NCBI GenBank assembly: GCA_951406725.2
Contig: OX597818.1
Span: 12,896,001-12,960,000 of the forward strand
Reading direction: 5' to 3'
Source: Octopus vulgaris
Lineage: Eukaryota
Length of the DNA stretch: 64,000 bases
This document shows, piece by piece, positions 40,561 through 55,245 of the stretch. The notes beneath the pieces are model-generated. The model saw nothing but the letters and a program-made list of their open reading frames with translations, did no database searches and was not told the origin of the DNA. Every line of letters begins with the position of its first letter. Position 1 is the stretch's first letter. The position numbers and the translations under genes were made by a program.

Positions 40561-41359
40561 TCAAACCACTCATTGTACACATAAATACACACACTCATAC
40601 ACACTCATACACATTCACATACACTCACATAACAATATTTGATATAGAAAAATATTTGATATAGAATATTTGATATAGAAAAATGGTTGTAATACGTCGT
40701 TAATAGAAGTATTTATACATTTTATCATTCTAAATAACTTAGTTATTTTATAATTGAATGTGTTCATGACACACGTTGCTTAGCTAAAATGAAAAAAAAA
40801 ATGTAGACATATGTGTACTCACTTGTGGGAAATCATAAACTTTCTTTGTATCGTTGATATCCAAATCAATGCGTTGAAGAGATTTTAAGAAGCTATTTGT
40901 GTGAACAACAGATCGTTTGATAGCTGATGCAAAATAGTAATTCGTATTTTCAACGTCTACATTTTCTGTAAAGGGTTTGCAATCTGTAAACAAAATAATA
41001 AAATAATAATTGGTCAAAATTTGAATTTAATGGTAATGTTTGTATCATTATGGGATATGTTAGAATTGTTATCTAAATATAGACATTTAAGAGTTATTTT
41101 CATCATCTTAAGGTGATTTATAATTCCAATAAGAAAGGTAAAAATTGGAATAAAATGGTAAATACTGTTTCTGTTCGTCAGAATTATCTATTATCATAAG
41201 ATGTAGTGGCATCTTTGCATATAAATAGTTTCTATGGAAATTCCATTCACACATATTCAGTAAGTGTACTTGGACATGTTTCAAATATATTTATCCATTT
41301 ATACGAGGTAATCAGTTCCAATGTTAATTTACATACAAAGAAATATCTATATACACATA

Positions 41360-41430
<71 letters not shown>

Positions 41431-41443
41431 TATATATATATAT
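41360..41443. repeat. (TA)n microsatellite
   Basis: Direct reading. Confidence 0.95.
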
Positions 41444-43699
41444 GTTATTTATTGTTTGGAAAAAAAACAGAAGTTAATCAGAAGTAAATTCATTTGTCGA
41501 ATGTCAAAACGGTAAAAGTTACTGGCTTAGGGATAAGTCAGAAGTGCCGAAATATTTCTCATAAATGTCATTGAACATATTCTAGGGAATGTTTTATTTT
41601 TATGGGCAATTTCCCTATCGAAAACGATCAATGGGATATTTTATGCTTAGGGTAAGTTGCTTAGAACTCTATGTTCAGTGGAAATCTTAGCGTCAGCATT
41701 TGTGACAACTGATTTCAGAGATGCATAAAGCTTGACAGTAATATTTTCCAAAATGCGTTCCCTTACCATTATTCGGTACAATAATTAAACCTTTTTAAAA
41801 ACTCCTTGTGTTTTTTATTCTTTTGAACTATGTTCATGTGAATAACTCATATACCTCTAGGGATTTGCAGTGCCTTTGTGTTCTTACGTTTTCAGATTTT
41901 CGGTTGATTTTCTCAGATAATTGATATATATTTGTCACCAGTGATTAGATCTTTAATCTTTGTGGTATAGCTTCCCACATGGTGAACCACCTTCTCCTAA
42001 GGCTTATTTTGATAACAGTAGATAGAGTGAAATGTGTTTTCAAGCAATTTAATCACTTTTCTTGGTCGATAATGAGTTATGATTACACAGAGATAAGCGG
42101 TGCGGTGTGTAGTAGTCTGAACATTATAGAAATACTTCTATTTACGCGTTGGTCATTAAGTTCGAATATTTATTTACGAGTTGTAAGATAAGCATTTTGT
42201 TATTCCAGAGAAATTGTATGAAAGACAATTAACTATCCGCAGTATTAGTATCGTCGGAAAAAAATATACTGCACCGTTCTTTGTGACCATCCACTCACTC
42301 AGTATTGGACATAACAAAAGCAACATTCTGTATACTCTTCCGTTGAAATCTTGAAATACACACCTGACAACAGCTGTCATTTTCTCACACAGTCTAGCAT
42401 TCACGATCTCGTTTAGCAGCAATTGTCATACAGGAAATAGTGTAAGGTACTCGACTGTGCGTCTCATGTGTAAGGTGTTCACAGGAACATCCGAGACCTT
42501 CAAATTTAGATAATTGGAAATTATGTTAAATTAGAGAATAATACTATATATTTATTTATGATATACTTCTGGAGTTCATACAGTGTAGAACTCAGTATGG
42601 AAATCCAAGTATAAGTCTAGGAAAACAGTGGATTGTTAACTAGAGATATGTTACAGAGTTTTGCGCCCATATATATAAAAGTACGTATATTTCTGATTTG
42701 CCATGCTTGTGATTGAAATAGACCTTTCGTAAAATGTTTAGATTATGTGCGTAGTCTCCCAAATATTTTAAATATTACATTAAACGTCTTTAGAAAATTC
42801 TGTGGGTTTTAGAATGTATGTTAACTTAACATGGGAACTTGCTTGAGAGTAGCTCTTTACGCACATATATAGCTGCCATTAAAGTCAACTTTGTCTCAGC
42901 AGAATCATTGATGTTTATTGAGTTAATAATTCATTCAGTAATCAAAATCAAGTACAGTTACGTAAATTTATGGGGAGATATCTATAGAGTTGTAGAGTTT
43001 CTTCAAGGATAGATGGAGCTTTCACACAATATGAAGTCTTTTCTAAATATGTTAGTACTGCTATAGGATGTTTAAATATGCGACTCATTTTATTTTCTCG
43101 CAGTAAAGCCGTATATCTTTACTGAGTTACTTTTATTGAAAGATAAGTATTCGATAAGAAATATAGACTGTGCCCTCCTCAACGTAATTTAGACGTTTTA
43201 GATAGCACTGTACAGTGTGTAGTAATAGATTATGTATAAGTGTTTAGATCTTTCACGCGACATTAATTTCAATTTGGTGAACAAATATACAACACTGTAT
43301 CCAGTTACATAAATTTACTCTAACTGCATTGTAAGAACCAATCTTTCTATTAAATGTACAACAATCTAGTTCGCAAATATAGAGTACAAATCATATACGC
43401 TATTTCAGAACATATATTTTCTATGTTACTAATATGATAAAATATATGAGAGGAATACACGCTAATGAAAGTTCTAAAGAATAGCGTGCCGAACATTGCC
43501 ATTTATAAACACGGTGTGAAACTGAAAATAGAATAATGAGTGAATTTTCATAGAGAACCTTGTATTTCAGGTCCGAATATTACATCATCTGCATCAATCT
43601 TTTGAAAAGTTCAACATATGAATTCAAGGCAAACAGTCATCATAAAAACGTCATTTCACTTGTGCAACGAAGAACTTAGTTTATGTTCTATGATTCGGC

Positions 43700-43810
43700 G
43701 GGTGTGTTGAGGAGCCACGCGGTGCTTTATGTGTTTTCGCTCAATTAAACGCTCACAACGCCCGGTCTGGGAATCGAAACCGCGATCCTAAGACAGCGAG
43801 TTCGTTGTCT
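43700..43810 (-). mobile_element. SINE 5' fragment (same family as 48466-48775)
   Basis: Near-match to 48655-48745 (TGTTTTCGCTCAAT..CTCACAACGCCCGGTCTGG..ATCGAAACCGCGATCCTA). Confidence 0.8.
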
Positions 43811-43829
43811 TATATATAGATGTTGTGCC

Positions 43830-43867
43830 TGGTATATATATGATATATATATATATATATATATATA

Positions 43868-43962
<95 letters not shown>

Positions 43963-43996
43963 CATTATATATTATATAGAATATATACTATATATA
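43830..43996. repeat. (TA)n microsatellite
   Basis: Direct reading. Confidence 0.95.
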
Positions 43997-44604
43997 TCTA
44001 TAAAACAGTCCTTGGACGAAAATTGTATGCATATTTTGCTTTAACGGTTAACGTCAGCCAAACCGAGACTAAGATCGAGCTGAAAATTGGTAAGTATACT
44101 AAATGCATGGTGAGGATGAGACGCGAGATGCTTAAAATTCGCAAGCTATAAAGATATGGTTGCTATGGCAAAAATAGTGAGAAATCATCGTTTTAAACGG
44201 ACTTTGACAAGTGTTTGTTGTTTCTCCCTTAGGGTTATCAACCTTCCATTTCTCTCTTTCCCCCTTCCTCCTCTTTATCGCTATAGCGGCTTTTGACAGC
44301 TTCTACTCACTCTCCTTCCCTCTCCGTATTCGCTGTCTCGCTGTTGCTCTTTCTCCCCAGCCTCTCTCTCTCTCTCTCCGTGTACGTCTTTCTGTACCTG
44401 TAGAGAGAAAGCATTGACAGCCGCATGTGTGATTAATGGAGAGGAATAAAATAGTAAATAATTATATTGTGTCGGAAGTATATTTCACTCTCTCGAAGTT
44501 TAAATATTCCCGCTACAGGGCTTTTACAACGGTGAATTATTATAACCCACCACCACCGCACAATAATGATAACATATATTATTAATCAGTTATTTATTAT
44601 GGTA

Positions 44605-44649
<45 letters not shown>

Positions 44650-44656
<7 letters not shown>

Positions 44657-46541
44657 GTGAATGAATTATCCTATGTTTATCGATCGTCAGCATAAAAAAT
44701 TCGTTTAACCGAAACCTGGGTAGCAAATTCACGTCAGAAACACGGTTGAAGCGACCAGTCCAAGGGTAGAAACTCCGGGTTCATGTGCAGAAATTTGTGT
44801 GTTGAATATGAATAAATGAAAGAATGGAGTCGAACGAAGATGTTAACAGAATTCCTTTACTCTCGACATGTTTCGAAGACAACATGGTTTCATTCCAAAG
44901 GAATAAAGAGTGCATTATGCAATCTTCTCATGAGGAAAGAAAGGGAGCCTCTCTCGACAACAAGACAAACAAAAATTTCGATGACTGCCTACATGGTAAA
45001 CAAAACGATAATGAGTGTTTTTTAAAAAAACTGTTAGAAGAATTGACGCCAAAGATAGATAGTAGGAAGAAAAGGGTTAAAGGAATAATAGGTAGGGAAC
45101 AAGTGGAAAGGGAAGGGTACGTTGGTTGAAAGAATGTTCGAAGGCTTAGGAAAGAATTTCGCTATTGAAGTGGAGTGGACGTAAAGCTAATTGTTCAAAC
45201 CACAGTGACTATCGTTATCATTATATGAGTGGAAAGTATGTTTCTGCCAGTGTTTACATTTGCATGATTTTTCTATGAGTGTGTTTACAGGGGAACCTTA
45301 GAGAAGAGAATATGGAAGAGTTCAGAGTTGCAAATGTTACAAAATCTCCTGCCCTAATCAAAAGGAAAGGATAACGACAGTATGAACCAATCTAACTTGA
45401 AATTTATATTGTTGTCTTTAAGACGCCAAACTAATATACTTAGCACTGTACTATGTCGTTTTTTACTATCCCTGAATGTTGAATAATGGTTTGAAATACT
45501 CTTGGACGCTTCTATATAGAAGAAGACATCGGTACCGGAAGAAATTCTACACTGGTAAAGAGAATTCTTAATCTTAGAATTACTAGACAAAAATTTAATT
45601 CTGTTGGGGTTGTCCTCCGGGATCGAAACGAAGTTTTTATTGCTATGATTGTTGTTACTATTATTATTAGCGCCAACAACTACACTATTTCTATTATTAT
45701 TAGTATTATTAATGGTAATACAAGCAGTAATACCACCGACAATAATACCGTTATTGTTATTACCATCAACATTGCCATTGTTATTAACACGACTATTATT
45801 AATATTATCATTGTTAACACTTTCGCTGCTACCAATGCTGCTACTATTAATACTATTCCTATTATTATGATTTTATGATGGGTTGGAATTAGCAAGATTG
45901 GTGTTGGAACTCCCGGGTGAAGAATCTTTGTTTAGCAGCTTGGTATTGTGAGAAGATATAATTTGTGAAAGATTTCTAGTGTTAGAGAAAGCGATTCTAA
46001 CTATGTGGGAATTGATAATAGAATGATATCTAGAATTTCTGGGAAAGTTCCTAGCAACGGCTTCACGGAACTGTAAGGGAAGGTTCGATTTAATTTGTTT
46101 TCCGAAAGGTATTACGAACCAGATACAGTTTTTTGTGGCCTTTGAATTGTTCCTAGTGTTATTTGTGATAGTAAGGGGAACATTTCTGGGTTAGAAATTT
46201 GGGGTTGAATGGCGCTTACCTCCCCTAGTCCGTAAAGAATTTATTTTATGTACAGGGTTGCTGGCACTATTAGAATTGAAATTATTGTTAATATTACGAG
46301 TAACTTTTCTATCTGGAGAAGCAGATGTTGGTTTAGAATGAGCTGAATCGATGTATGACACTTTCTCCTTATAACCGGCTTTTAACAAGGCGGCGTTATA
46401 GAAGTCTGCCTTTTGGTTAAAGATGTCGACATTAGCAGATAATTTAGACAGTCTCATGGAATGAAACCATGTTGTCTTCGAAACATATGTCGAGAGTAAA
46501 GAATTTTGTAAACATCTTCGTTCGACTCCATTTTTTCATTT
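44650..46541 (-). mobile_element. 5'-truncated Penelope-like element with inverted partial pLTR
   Basis: RT C-terminus RLSKLSANVDIFNQKADFYNAALLKAGY and GIY-YIG domain SLYQCRISSGTDVFFYIEAS..NHYSTFRD..STVLSILVWRLKD..FCNICNSE. 46457-46541 is an inverted copy of 44813-44897. Flanked by (TA)n. Confidence 0.9.
44854..44944 (-). ncRNA. Degenerate minimal hammerhead (G5>C) in Penelope pLTR
   Basis: CCTTTCTTTC CTCATGA GAAGA-43nt-TCTTC GAAA CATG TC GAGAGTAAAGG; palindromic loop III. Confidence 0.65.
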
Positions 46542-46564
46542 ATATATATATATATACACATATA

Positions 46565-46667
<103 letters not shown>

Positions 46668-46695
46668 GTGTATACATATGTATAAATAATGCATG

Positions 46696-46736
<41 letters not shown>

Positions 46737-47959
46737 ATGTATATGATGCGAGTATATGTGCATATATATTTAATGCGTATGTATATATATGATGTGTGCA
46801 TATGTGGTCGGATTGAGCTGAAAATGTGCTGGCGAGTTTGCATAGCAATTTTGAGTTTGCTCATTTGAAATACGTATATACGTATCCTCCAGAGCAACAT
46901 TCATCATATTTTAAATGTAGCCCGTGTAGACCTGAATGAAACCGGTTTATAATACCGAAACAAGTAAAACAATAATAAACTATTTTAATCCCGAGCAAGA
47001 CCGGGCTTGTCATCCGGTATATATATATATTATATAATATATATTATGTAAATTATATATATTATACAACTATATACATACACACACACACACACATATA
47101 TATATACACACACACATACACACACACACATATATATATATAGATATGTATATATTAATTATGACAATTGTTTCCACACATCTAGCATCGATCCCTCACT
47201 GATGAGATTGTTACCATATACATTACGAACACTGTGAAAGTGACAGTGCTTTATCAGTAAACTGCCACGTATAGGACATTCGTTTTGTTATCTAATATAT
47301 ATATAGATAGATAGATATATAGATATATGTGTGTGTTATGTTTGTGCATAGTGTCTGTATATTACCACTTGCACACAAATCAGCTTCAATACACATACAG
47401 GAGCACAAACACACGCATGCACGTACTTATAAATGTATAAAGAAACATAGACATATCTTGAACAAAACAGTCAACCATTTTGTAGGAAATGATAAAGTGC
47501 TACATACTTTCCGACTCACATGTCCTCAGATCAATCATTCGTATTTTTCTTTTTATTCTTTGTTGCATTCTATATGTAGATGACATTTTTTATATATACA
47601 TAATCAATAAACAGCAGACGCTTTCGGACAAAAATGCCACAAATAACTCTTTAAAAACAACTATCCCAGAACTCATTTCTTTAAGCATTCATGATACAAC
47701 ACATGTACATTCATGTATATGAAAACATGAACTTGCATACAAGTATATATAGATTTGAACAAGAAATTGTTGATCAAACATCTTAACTGGCCACTCCCGA
47801 AAATTCTTATTCTTTGTCCAACACACGCTCTCAAGTAAAATTATTAAAAAATATTTGAATTCCTGACATTTTTTAATAAAACGGACATTCTTCAAGTATT
47901 TATAAGTCAATATACTCGATAATCCACAATCTTTGAACACTTCTAGAAAGAATGAAAAT

Positions 47960-48187
47960 GTCAAATTAATATTAGAAGTAATAGCTTCAAACTTTTTCAC
48001 AAGGCCAGCCAGTGGTAAGTCGATTATATCGACCCCGCCGTCACCCGTGTTCCACTGGAATTCCTTTTCTCGACCCCTAAAGGATAAAAGCAAAGTAGAC
48101 CTACGCGGGATTTGAACTGAAAACTAACGAAATGTTGCTATGCCTTCTGCCTGGCGTGCTAATGAATCTGCTGTCTTGCTGCTTTAA
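47960..48187 (-). mobile_element. Diverged SINE (family of 59178-59388)
   Basis: Reverse complement reads AAAGCAGCAAGACAGCAGATTCATTAGCACGCCAGGC..GTTCAAATCCC..TCTACTTTGCTTTTATCCTTTAGGGGTCGA. Confidence 0.75.
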
Positions 48188-48231
48188 CAATGCAAGCAAT
48201 GACAAATAAACAAAAATGTATTTAGCCAAGT

Positions 48232-48275
48232 TCTATCTGTCTGTCTGTCTGACTGTCTGTCTCTCTGTCTCTCTG

Positions 48276-48324
<49 letters not shown>

Positions 48325-48465
48325 TTATCTATCTATCTATAGATGTATGCATTTTTTGTATGAACACAGGTGTATGTATATACACACACACATATATGTA
48401 TATATGTATGTATGTGTATAGACATATATATTCATATATGTATATATACATATATACATATATAT
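48232..48465. repeat. (TCTG)n/(TATC)n/(TA)n microsatellites
   Basis: Direct reading. Confidence 0.9.
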
Positions 48466-48775
48466 CATCATCGTGATCATCGTGACCGACCTGGCTATCA
48501 GATGTTGCTACACATTGCTGGTCACAATGCGCTTCGCATTGTTTTAGCCTTCAAATGACGCCACCCGGTGGCTAAGCGAGCAGTCCAACAGAGGAAAGAG
48601 TGAGAGAAAGTTTTGACAAAAGAGTACAGCAGGGGTCGCCACCCCGCTGCCGGAGCCTCGTGGAGCTTTAGCTGTTTTCGCTCAATAGACACTCACAACG
48701 CCCGGTCTGGAGATCGAAACCGCGATCCTACAACCGCGAGTCCGCTGCCCTAACCACTGGGCCATTGCGTCTCCA
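48466..48775 (-). mobile_element. Full-length tRNA(Arg)-like SINE
   Basis: Head GGAGACGCAATGGCCCAGTGGTTAGGGCAGCGGACTCGCGG..GGTTTCGATCTCC with A/B boxes and a TCG anticodon-like loop; (GAT)n tail. Resembles octopus OR-type SINEs. Confidence 0.88.
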
Positions 48776-49611
48776 CACACATAGCCACACACACACACAC
48801 ATATTTTTTTTCAATCCAAACATGAACAAGAAATAAAAAACAACAACACGAGGACGTGGAATAAGTACAGCTTACACTTACGTATCTATCTATCAATCTA
48901 TCTATCTATCTATCTCTCGATCGATCGATCTATCTGTTTGGGACACTATATATTTACATAAATATACACACGCATGAGTGTGTCTTTTAATGCTTGCCTG
49001 TGTTTATAATTATGTATATATGTATAGGTATTTATGTGTGTGTGTATTGAGACTACGTGTCCTTTTTATTATTTATATTATCATATAGTACGAGAGCATA
49101 TACAAAATATACAAATGATAACTATTTCAATCCCTTTTATCATCTATATTTAATGTTCGATAAATGAGGTGTGCCAGGGAAAATCACAATAGAAAATGCT
49201 TTGAGACATGAGCTTGATACGGTTGCTATTCCCTTTACATATCTATCAGGTGATGTAAATAAGCAAAAAATGCTCTAAGGTGTCTTTTTTTGTTTTGTTT
49301 TCGGAGTAATACATGTTGAGTAATGGATGTTGAGTGACGCATTATAAGATCTAAAATGAGAGTAGTGAACACAAATCACGAGTACGTGTTTATTGCCGCA
49401 TTATATGTTGTTGAATTTCAATAGTGGTCAGAGGTCACGTGCACATGCTTAGTGTGACTAATAATCGTTTAAGCAGCTTCTTTAGACGTGATGTATCCTA
49501 TAACACGCGAATATAGCAAGCGAATATGATATAAAAGTATGCGCAGGAGTTAGAAAATTATGTAATTGTGCAACAATTTCTGTGATTTTTTCACCTCTGT
49601 GATTTCAGGTT

Positions 49612-49885
<274 letters not shown>

Positions 49886-50264
49886 TACATGTGCCATACA
49901 AGTGCCATACAAGCAATTGTCGCATGTCATTTAAACGAAAATTTTTGGATATTATTTACGAAACTAATTCTCTGAAGCTATCTACGGGTAAATTATCTGA
50001 ATATTTGGTCAAATATTTTATATTTTTCGACTTCGTGTTATGTTCTTTTTCTTTGTCATATAATGCTTCGCTCTTATTTTCCTCTGTGAAGTTATATCAT
50101 TCCAATATTCCCATAAAATTCAACTTATCTACTCTTCTAGTGCATTCGTTGTATACTGTTTTTCTACTGCTCAAATTAACATTTTTCTTGGCATTTTTGT
50201 TTATGATAGCTTCATTGAGTATTAGTTTGGCTATCGAATTAACTGTTAATCATCAAAGCGCATA

Positions 50265-50568
50265 GATTAGTGGTTATGTGTTTTGGTGCATTAGGCTCAT
50301 GATCATTTCGATATGAGTTCGATTGCTGGCGGCGCGTTGTGTCCTTGAGCAAGTCCCTATTTCCTATTACTGCAGTCAGACAAAGATGACTGTATTTCAA
50401 AGAGCCAGCCATGTCACGTTCTGTCACGCTGAATGTCTCTAAGAACTGCCTTAAGTGCACCGGTGTTTGTGAAGCACTCCGCCACTTGCAGTTTAATTCC
50501 TCGGGCAGGCTGTTCCGTTGATCGGATCAAGCGGGGTACTGGTCTTTTTAACCGACAGGGTGCCAATA
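50265..50568 (+). mobile_element. tRNA-derived SINE, diverged
   Basis: TTAGTGGTTA.., B box GAGTTCGATTGC and CORE-like GTTGTGTCCTTGAGCAAG, as in 1948-2215 but with a different 3' body. Confidence 0.75.
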
Positions 50569-50699
50569 TTAAGTCAATCTAAATTTTATCCTCAAGGAAC
50601 GATTATATTCTGTGAATTCTTATCTACATTTATGAAATCCCAATAACCGCCAGGATTTCATTTGCACCTTTAGAATTATTATTTCTTTTGTGATTGAGT

Positions 50700-52849
50700 T
50701 ACTCATGAATTCTCAGGTACTTAATATATTTACAAATATATTTCTCGAACAATTTATATTATCTTTTTGTGTGCTCAAACGGATTTATTTCCAGTTTTGC
50801 TCCTTAATACTCTAATGAATAAGTCTAAACTATGGTATATTATTTTGTTAGATGTCATTATGTTTAATTTATTTACTATGTAATTAGTTCAGATGATTTG
50901 ATTGCAGCGTTGTTTTTTAATGATTTTAAATATTTTGCTGGTCCACTTTAAAATGTATAGTTTATATACTATGTTTTCTGTGATTTTAGGCTTGTTTCTT
51001 TCCTGTCGTTATTTTAGAGATTCGTCGATATACTGAGGAAGTAAGAGTAATGTGAGTTGTATAATTTTCTTCTGGGATGTCTTACATGTTTACAGTATAC
51101 TTTGCTGATGTATTTTATTATTCAGCATCATGTAGATCATTTACTGTGTGCCTTGCGCTGGCTGTGCTATATTCATGAGTGGAAATTGATTAGTGTATGC
51201 CTTATGTGAATATTTGTAGTACAATGTCTGGCCAGGCTTATATAAAAAAGGGTTATTAATTCAATATGCGATGCTTCTGAAAAGTGTGTACTTTATGATT
51301 CATGAAATATTTATGTTGGTGAATCTGTATACTGTGTGTATTGTGTGATTTTCATGATTGCGTATTCATCAGTAAAAAATCTACTGATTCAATTGTATGC
51401 TTGTCCTGGTAGGCATTTAAATGGCTGAATTTATCAGGTATTTTGTTTGGAATATGTGTAAAACTGCATGCCTCAGTATTGGCCGTTTTATTCACGCTGC
51501 TACGATTATGAATGATACTGTTTTCACTTTCCAATTCCTATCCTGTTTATCTCAGTCTCAATATTTATTCACTTTGACAACTTCTTCTCTCCTTCATGTT
51601 TCGTAAGTATGATCATTAGTCATGTGGACTGTCTCGGCCACCTTTCTTTACGGTGTTTTATACATATTTATATTGTTTCTCCTCCATGTGTACCCAAACT
51701 TATATTAAAAAGCTAACCAGCCGCATAATAAATGTACATATTACATAATGCGCTTATTATGTTAGCCGTTTCTTTGTTCTTTTCTTAATATTTGTAATAT
51801 AGTTTTGTTCAGTTCTGTTTGTTCTTTTAAGCTCGAGCTTTAAAGCTATTGCTCGTTATCAGTCAGGCGTCATCTCAATCATTCCTTGTGCCTTTGTGAG
51901 CTATGTTCTCTCTATTTCTTCTTTGTTATACATCAGAGTTTCCTTTGTTATTTGAACTGATTTCTTTACATATCTTTTTTAAACCTCACCTAAAACTTCT
52001 TTTATTCTATGCAAATTCTACTTTATATGTTATTTTCCAAAACTGTTAAACCTCTGTTCATGTCTTTTTTGTTGCACGTATCACTTTCACTTCGTTTGTC
52101 ATTCTATATGTATCACCTCATTGTCCATAATTTCATATAATTATCTGTGTCTATAACGCATTGTCTCCAATGTTTGAATGCAGATATTGTCTACCCGTTT
52201 GCGCTTCAGTGTAAGAACGCCAATTAATATAATTACTAGTTTATTAGCTTAAACATATATTTTATAACTGGAATGGTTAATACATTTAAATATATTATTT
52301 TTAGCAATGTCGCCAACATTTTAGCATTGTTTTGATTTTCTATAATAGATTGTTTCGCAAATTCCACCTTAATTTCTGTGTGTTGTATCTTTTAAGTTTC
52401 ATCTACATCTAATTATTTCCAATGAGCGATTATGGTCCTGTAATTGCTGTTTGAATCCTGTATTTAATGTAATATTCCCAATGTTATTTTACTGGCTGCT
52501 TCTAATAGTATCGTTGACATAATCTATTTTGTCGTTATCAAATCGACATCGGTGGAATTTAATGTCAGAGCGCAAAGACAAGTGAAATGCCGCTAAATAT
52601 TTTGCTCGGTGTGCGAATACTTTGTCGTCTTAGTAATAATAATAATGTAAATAAAGAGGAAGAAAAACAGAAAATGCAGTCCCTTAAAATTTGAAATAGT
52701 AAGTATTTGGGGCATGTGAACAGTAGATGTACCTATAATTGGTGTGTTGGGAACAATAAGTCGAGATATATACAAAGGAGATTGAAATAGAATGCCCGGT
52801 AGCGGTCCTACACATTTTTTGCCTGTTAGGGACAGCAATCATTAACAGC

Positions 52850-52850
<1 letters not shown>
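50700..52850 (-). mobile_element. Very old RTE-like LINE relic, with a small SINE piece at ~52540-52635
   Basis: Minus strand is A-rich, with KIDYV..QDHNR (AP-endonuclease IDY..SDH) followed by IKEVLG..QITKETL..EEIER (RTE linker). Confidence 0.4.
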
Positions 52851-53085
<235 letters not shown>

Positions 53086-53470
53086 AGAACCAGGAGGGGA
53101 TACCGAGAACAATGAATATAAGATCCTGTAGGATTTTACAATCCAATGTTACTTCCTAATCGATGCTCGGAGACTAGATGTTATTGTGGTAGATAAAAGA
53201 AAAAAAGGAAACCAAGATTATAGATATTGCAATACCTTGTGATGCACGCATAAGTGACAAAGAAATGGAAAAGATTGAGAAGTACACACTACTGAAATAC
53301 GAAATTGCAAGAATGTGAACTGTAAGGAGTGTGTCTGCCATCCCAGTGGTTGTAGGAGCATGTGGAGCACTAACAACCTAGTTCAAGAAACATGTCAGAG
53401 AAATTGGAATTGACAAAGAACAAGCCCCCAAATCTGCTCAGCTGGGAACAGCTGAGATGCTGACAGTAAT
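53086..53470 (+). mobile_element. R4/Dong-type RLE fragment
   Basis: ENNEYKIL*DFTIQ..IDARRLDVIVVDK..TKIIDIAIPCDARISDKEMEKIEKY..IPVVVGACG..KSAQLGTAEML. Confidence 0.88.
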
Positions 53471-53559
53471 TTATGCAATATGCATGCAGTTCCAAGTTAT
53501 GCCGATGTTTGAAATACACTTAGATTTTTGGGTATTTCTAAAGCTTCCGGATGTTTCTT

Positions 53560-54900
53560 CAGGTTGGGTAGAATTGAACCCGATTCTCCGCTGGCAACGG
53601 GGGCAACATTTAACACTTTCCCATTGCCCTTTGGACCATTCTTCTATGCGTCTCAGATCTTTCCGCGAAGTTTTAATATCGTCTTCAATTCTCCGCTTCC
53701 ACCATAGCCCCTTCTGTCCGTCTACCTTCCTCTCTTTCTTTTCAAGCAGTTCACCTACTTACATTGAAGCGGATCTGATCAAGACCCCATATTCTGTTAG
53801 ATCGCTTGTCAGAATGTATAACCTCATCAACTATATTGGGTCTCGCGTTTCACATTGGTACGGCTGAAGGTTCTCAAATTCACCGGCTTGGTCTCTGTTC
53901 TCGTATCTTCGAATCCCATCATGAAGTTTCTCTGTTCCTCAGTCATATCCTCTCGTAATACAGACTTCTCAGCATTATATTTATTGGCCAGCCTTTCCTC
54001 TGCAACACCTTCATCTTGCCTACGCATTCGCTGAGCTTCGCCTACATTATCCTCTTCGAGGTTATCACAACTACAGAAGCTTTTCCCTGAACCTTGGTCT
54101 CATTAAAAAAACACCTCTTTTCCAAATTATTCAAATCTGATTCATGAGACCATGTTCAGTGATTTGGAATATACCCTGCTGTTTCCAAAGTTCTAATGAT
54201 CCTTTTTCCGGCAGATTTATATATGCCATTCTTCTTGTCTAGCAAAGTTGTTCATGGCACTCAATTGCCTTTTTGTACATATCAACAGACCACTTGGGTT
54301 TGTGAGTACATTGCATATTTTGACCAGTAAAAGGACGACAATTGGGTGTAGTCTGGTCTTCCACTCACTTGATTTGTGAGGGGTCCCTGCAGTGCGCGGG
54401 AGATCTAAGGGATCTTCCCGATCGTGCCGTTACTTGCGTTAAAATTGTCATCATTGCAAAGAATGAGAACAGGGTTTCCTCGCCGGGTGTATTTATTTGA
54501 GATTTTCATGTAATACCAGCTTTAACTTTGGGACACCAAGTTCACTCTGTGTAACTTACCGCAGGCCTCCCTCAGACGCAGGAGTTACACTGCCTTATGC
54601 AGAACAGGGGTGGCACCAATTTCTTGCACTGTTCACATAGACAGCTGCATACAGAATTACGCTATCTGATCTGTCCTTCCCCCGCGAGGTTAGGTGCGAT
54701 GTGAAAGAGATGTAACTACTCTTTCTATCATGCCGAATGTCTTCTCAGAGAGTCAATTGCTCACTTGTAATCTTCTTCAGTGGACAGGTTCAGCGTATGA
54801 AAGCCAAAATCGTTTCTAGTTATCCTTACGTCTGTAGCCACGGTATTTTTATCATTGTTGTTTTTTAACTAGCTCGGATATTTTCTCCAACCACAGAATA
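53560..54900 (-). mobile_element. R4/Dong-type 5' portion (N-terminal ORF region plus 5' UTR)
   Basis: ELWKQQGIFQITEHGLMNQI*IIWKRG and LWWKRRIEDDIKTSRKDLRRIEEW are characteristic N-terminal R4/Dong segments; the 5' boundary is approximate. Confidence 0.7.
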
Positions 54901-55019
54901 CAATTGGCAGGTTGTTCTTGCTTCCTGTGTTGTTATGTTGCTGTCGTAGTTATTTTTGTCTTTTGTCTCTGTAGCATCGTATCGCTGTTGTAAATTTCTG
55001 CCTTTATTGTTGAATCTGT

Positions 55020-55100
55020 ATGTATAATAGTAGTAGTATTAGCAGCAGCAGCAATAATAATTGTGTATTTATATTGTTGTTGCTGTTGTTGTTGTTATTA

Positions 55101-55164
<64 letters not shown>

Positions 55165-55245
55165 CATTCCAGTAACAGCTACAGTGACAACAGCAGCACA
55201 TGAACTAGTAGTAGTAGTAGTAGTAGTGTTATGTTGTTGTTGTCG
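55020..55245. repeat. Compound trinucleotide microsatellites (GTA, GTT, ATT)
   Basis: Direct reading. Confidence 0.9.

Noticed and set aside
38680-40685. Short tandem duplications (38681-38740; 40635-40685) as CRISPR-like or functional arrays
   Set aside because: Two to three adjacent units with no unique spacers; ordinary slippage in eukaryotic DNA.
47195-47232. CTGATGA hammerhead-like box
   Set aside because: No GAAA box or stems; lies within the protocadherin-like relic.
48700-48775. tRNA-Arg gene (and the other SINE heads as tRNA genes)
   Set aside because: No complete cloverleaf; each head continues into a SINE body and tail.
49430-49450. GGTCACGTG E-box-like site as a shared protocadherin promoter motif
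   Set aside because: I could not find a consistently positioned motif upstream of the relic starts by eye; a motif-discovery run would be needed.
54549-54592. Possible HDV-like ribozyme in the Dong 5' UTR
   Set aside because: Only a hairpin (GTGTAACT/AGTTACAC) is evident; I could not assign the nested double pseudoknot.
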